Shown piece after piece: positions 62,490 through 64,000 of a stretch of 64,000 nt of DNA. The notes under the pieces were generated by a model. It made no database searches and was not told the DNA's origin. It saw nothing but the letters and a program-made list of their open reading frames with translations. Source of the DNA: Marsupella aquatica (taxonomy: Eukaryota > Plantae > Marchantiophyta); NCBI GenBank assembly GCA_973895155.1, contig OZ316894.1, forward strand, positions 25,356,709 through 25,420,708. The letters are read 5' to 3'. The translations under genes were made by a program, and so were the position numbers. How positions within the stretch are numbered: position 1 is the first letter of the stretch; each line of letters begins with the position of its first letter.

Positions 62490-63868
62490 ATGGCAACAAC
62501 CGTGGGAGAAGCCAGGGCAGATGTGGCGGAGAAGAGCAAGAAGTACGTACTCTCTGAGTTATATTTTCCACATTCTTGTTCTTGTTCTACTGTCATTCTT
62601 TCTCCCCTTCGTTCCTGAGACGATGCGTTATTTATGCACCTCAACGAATCTTTTGACATGACATTTTTAGTGTTCCTATTTTCTAATTGCAAAGCCTGCT
62701 GCAAACCTGCTTCCATTTTCCTACAAATTACATTTATCTGAGCTGTCATCAGTGCTTCAGCTTTCTGAGAAGCTTGTGAACCGATCTCGTTCCAGTATTG
62801 AACGTGAACCATGCCAAACCTCATCATAGTATGTTAACTAGATATTGCAGTATTTTGATTTTCATGAGAATTTATGTGATGCAGTGCCGCTAAAAAGGAA
62901 GCGAAGCTGCTGGAAAAGAAGCGAAAGGATGAAGAGAAGAAAAAGGATCAGGTATGACAAAGTGACCAGCTTAGAGTTGGTTGAAGTTGGTAGGGGTTTT
63001 TGGTTTGCTCCCTTTCCCTTCTTTTTCTGACCAGTCCTCTTGGTGATGGTAATAATCATGTTGCAGGCAGAAACTGCAGCAGCTGCTGGACCCGCAAAAC
63101 CCAAAGTTTCTGACGAGGAAGAGCTGGACCCCACGGTATGTGCATGGGTTTCCTGCGTTTGATAATGATGTGGACTTGAGTCCAATGCCTCCTGTGCATT
63201 GTACCTGCTGATGAGATTTTCACGAATTGAGGTTGGGGTGAATACAGCAATATCGCCACAACCGATTGAAGGCTTTAGAGGCGGCCAAGGCGGCTGGGCT
63301 ACCCGCCTATCCTCACAAATTTCATGTATCCCTCTCCATTCCTGATTACATAAAGAAGTATACGCATCTTGAGAAGGGTGACCTCTTGGACGACGATTCT
63401 GTTACTTTGGCAGGTGATTTTCCATGTCTTTGAATATGTTGCTCCCCTGCTCATTTGCGGAGTTTACTTTTGAGTTTGCATCGCGAATCTTTCGTACAAG
63501 ACTATTGTAAACCCGGACCTCATATGGCTTCGTGCTTTCTGCTCCAGGTCGAATTATGACAGTCAGAGCCTCCTCCAGCAAGTTGATGTTTTTCGATTTG
63601 CATGGTGATGGTGCCAAAGTGCAACTGGTCAGCAAAGTAGAGTAAGTCTCTACGCGACCTCCAACGTTTTCCAGTACAAAAGTTTGCGTCTCTGTTTGAG
63701 TGTTTTTTGTGAAGAGAAGCAGCACACTTCCAATCGATGCTGGTTGACGTTGTGCCGCTTGCTTTGTCGGAATACATAGGTTTGCGAAAGGAGTGGAATT
63801 GGCAGATTTTGTGAAGCACTATTCTAGTGTTAAGAGGGGCGATATTGTTGGTATCAAAGGATTCCCAG
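62490..63868 (+). CDS. Lysyl-tRNA synthetase (class II, cytosolic type), 5' exons; continues beyond the right edge of the window
   Basis: Spliced SKN-AAKKEAK, EELDPT-QYRHNR, YPHKFHVS, VTLAG-RIMTVRASSSKLMFFDLHGDG and VKRGDIVGIKGFPG (anticodon-binding OB fold). Confidence 0.92.
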
Positions 63869-64000
63869 GTAAATGCCAGTGCTGCAGCGGACTAGCTCAT
63901 GTTCATGGAACGGCACCTTTTCGTCTGGGATGATGTTTCGTCATACCAATTGACAGCATGTGAAAATTTGAATCTACCAGCTCACGCATTTGGAGGTCTC

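Overview
Eukaryotic land-plant DNA, probably from a non-seed plant (inferred from gene style and short GT-AG introns). Host genes are an HPGT-like GT31 galactosyltransferase (5' part only), OEP21, a secreted PLAT-domain protein, an intronless class-2 DHODH, a TBC1D13-like RabGAP and the 5' part of a lysyl-tRNA synthetase. A decayed Ty1/copia element (12283-39099, AACCC TSD) carries in its 5' leader a 21.1-kb DNA transposon (17072-38212) with imperfect TIRs and a 4-bp CTAA TSD. Its left arm encodes a Sola-like DDD transposase. Its right arm holds a ~10-kb spliced, now decayed, multidomain cargo gene: 3x F-box-like, ParB-like, a possible degenerate amino-methyltransferase fold, charged repeats, a Ulp1 SUMO protease and 3x FCP1/NIF-like domains. 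About 30 copies of a 16-bp palindrome, ACGCG-N6-CGCGT, lie in a tandem array, in spacers and in most cargo introns. The cargo arm is CpG-rich while the transposase arm is CpG-depleted. Together these suggest a candidate transposon-encoded, sequence-specific anti-silencing system (inference). The window also contains a 6.7-kb PIF/Harbinger element carrying an RPA1-like OB-fold gene, three solo LTRs (two nested) and a tRNA-derived SINE. All domain calls are by eye from motifs; no searches were run.
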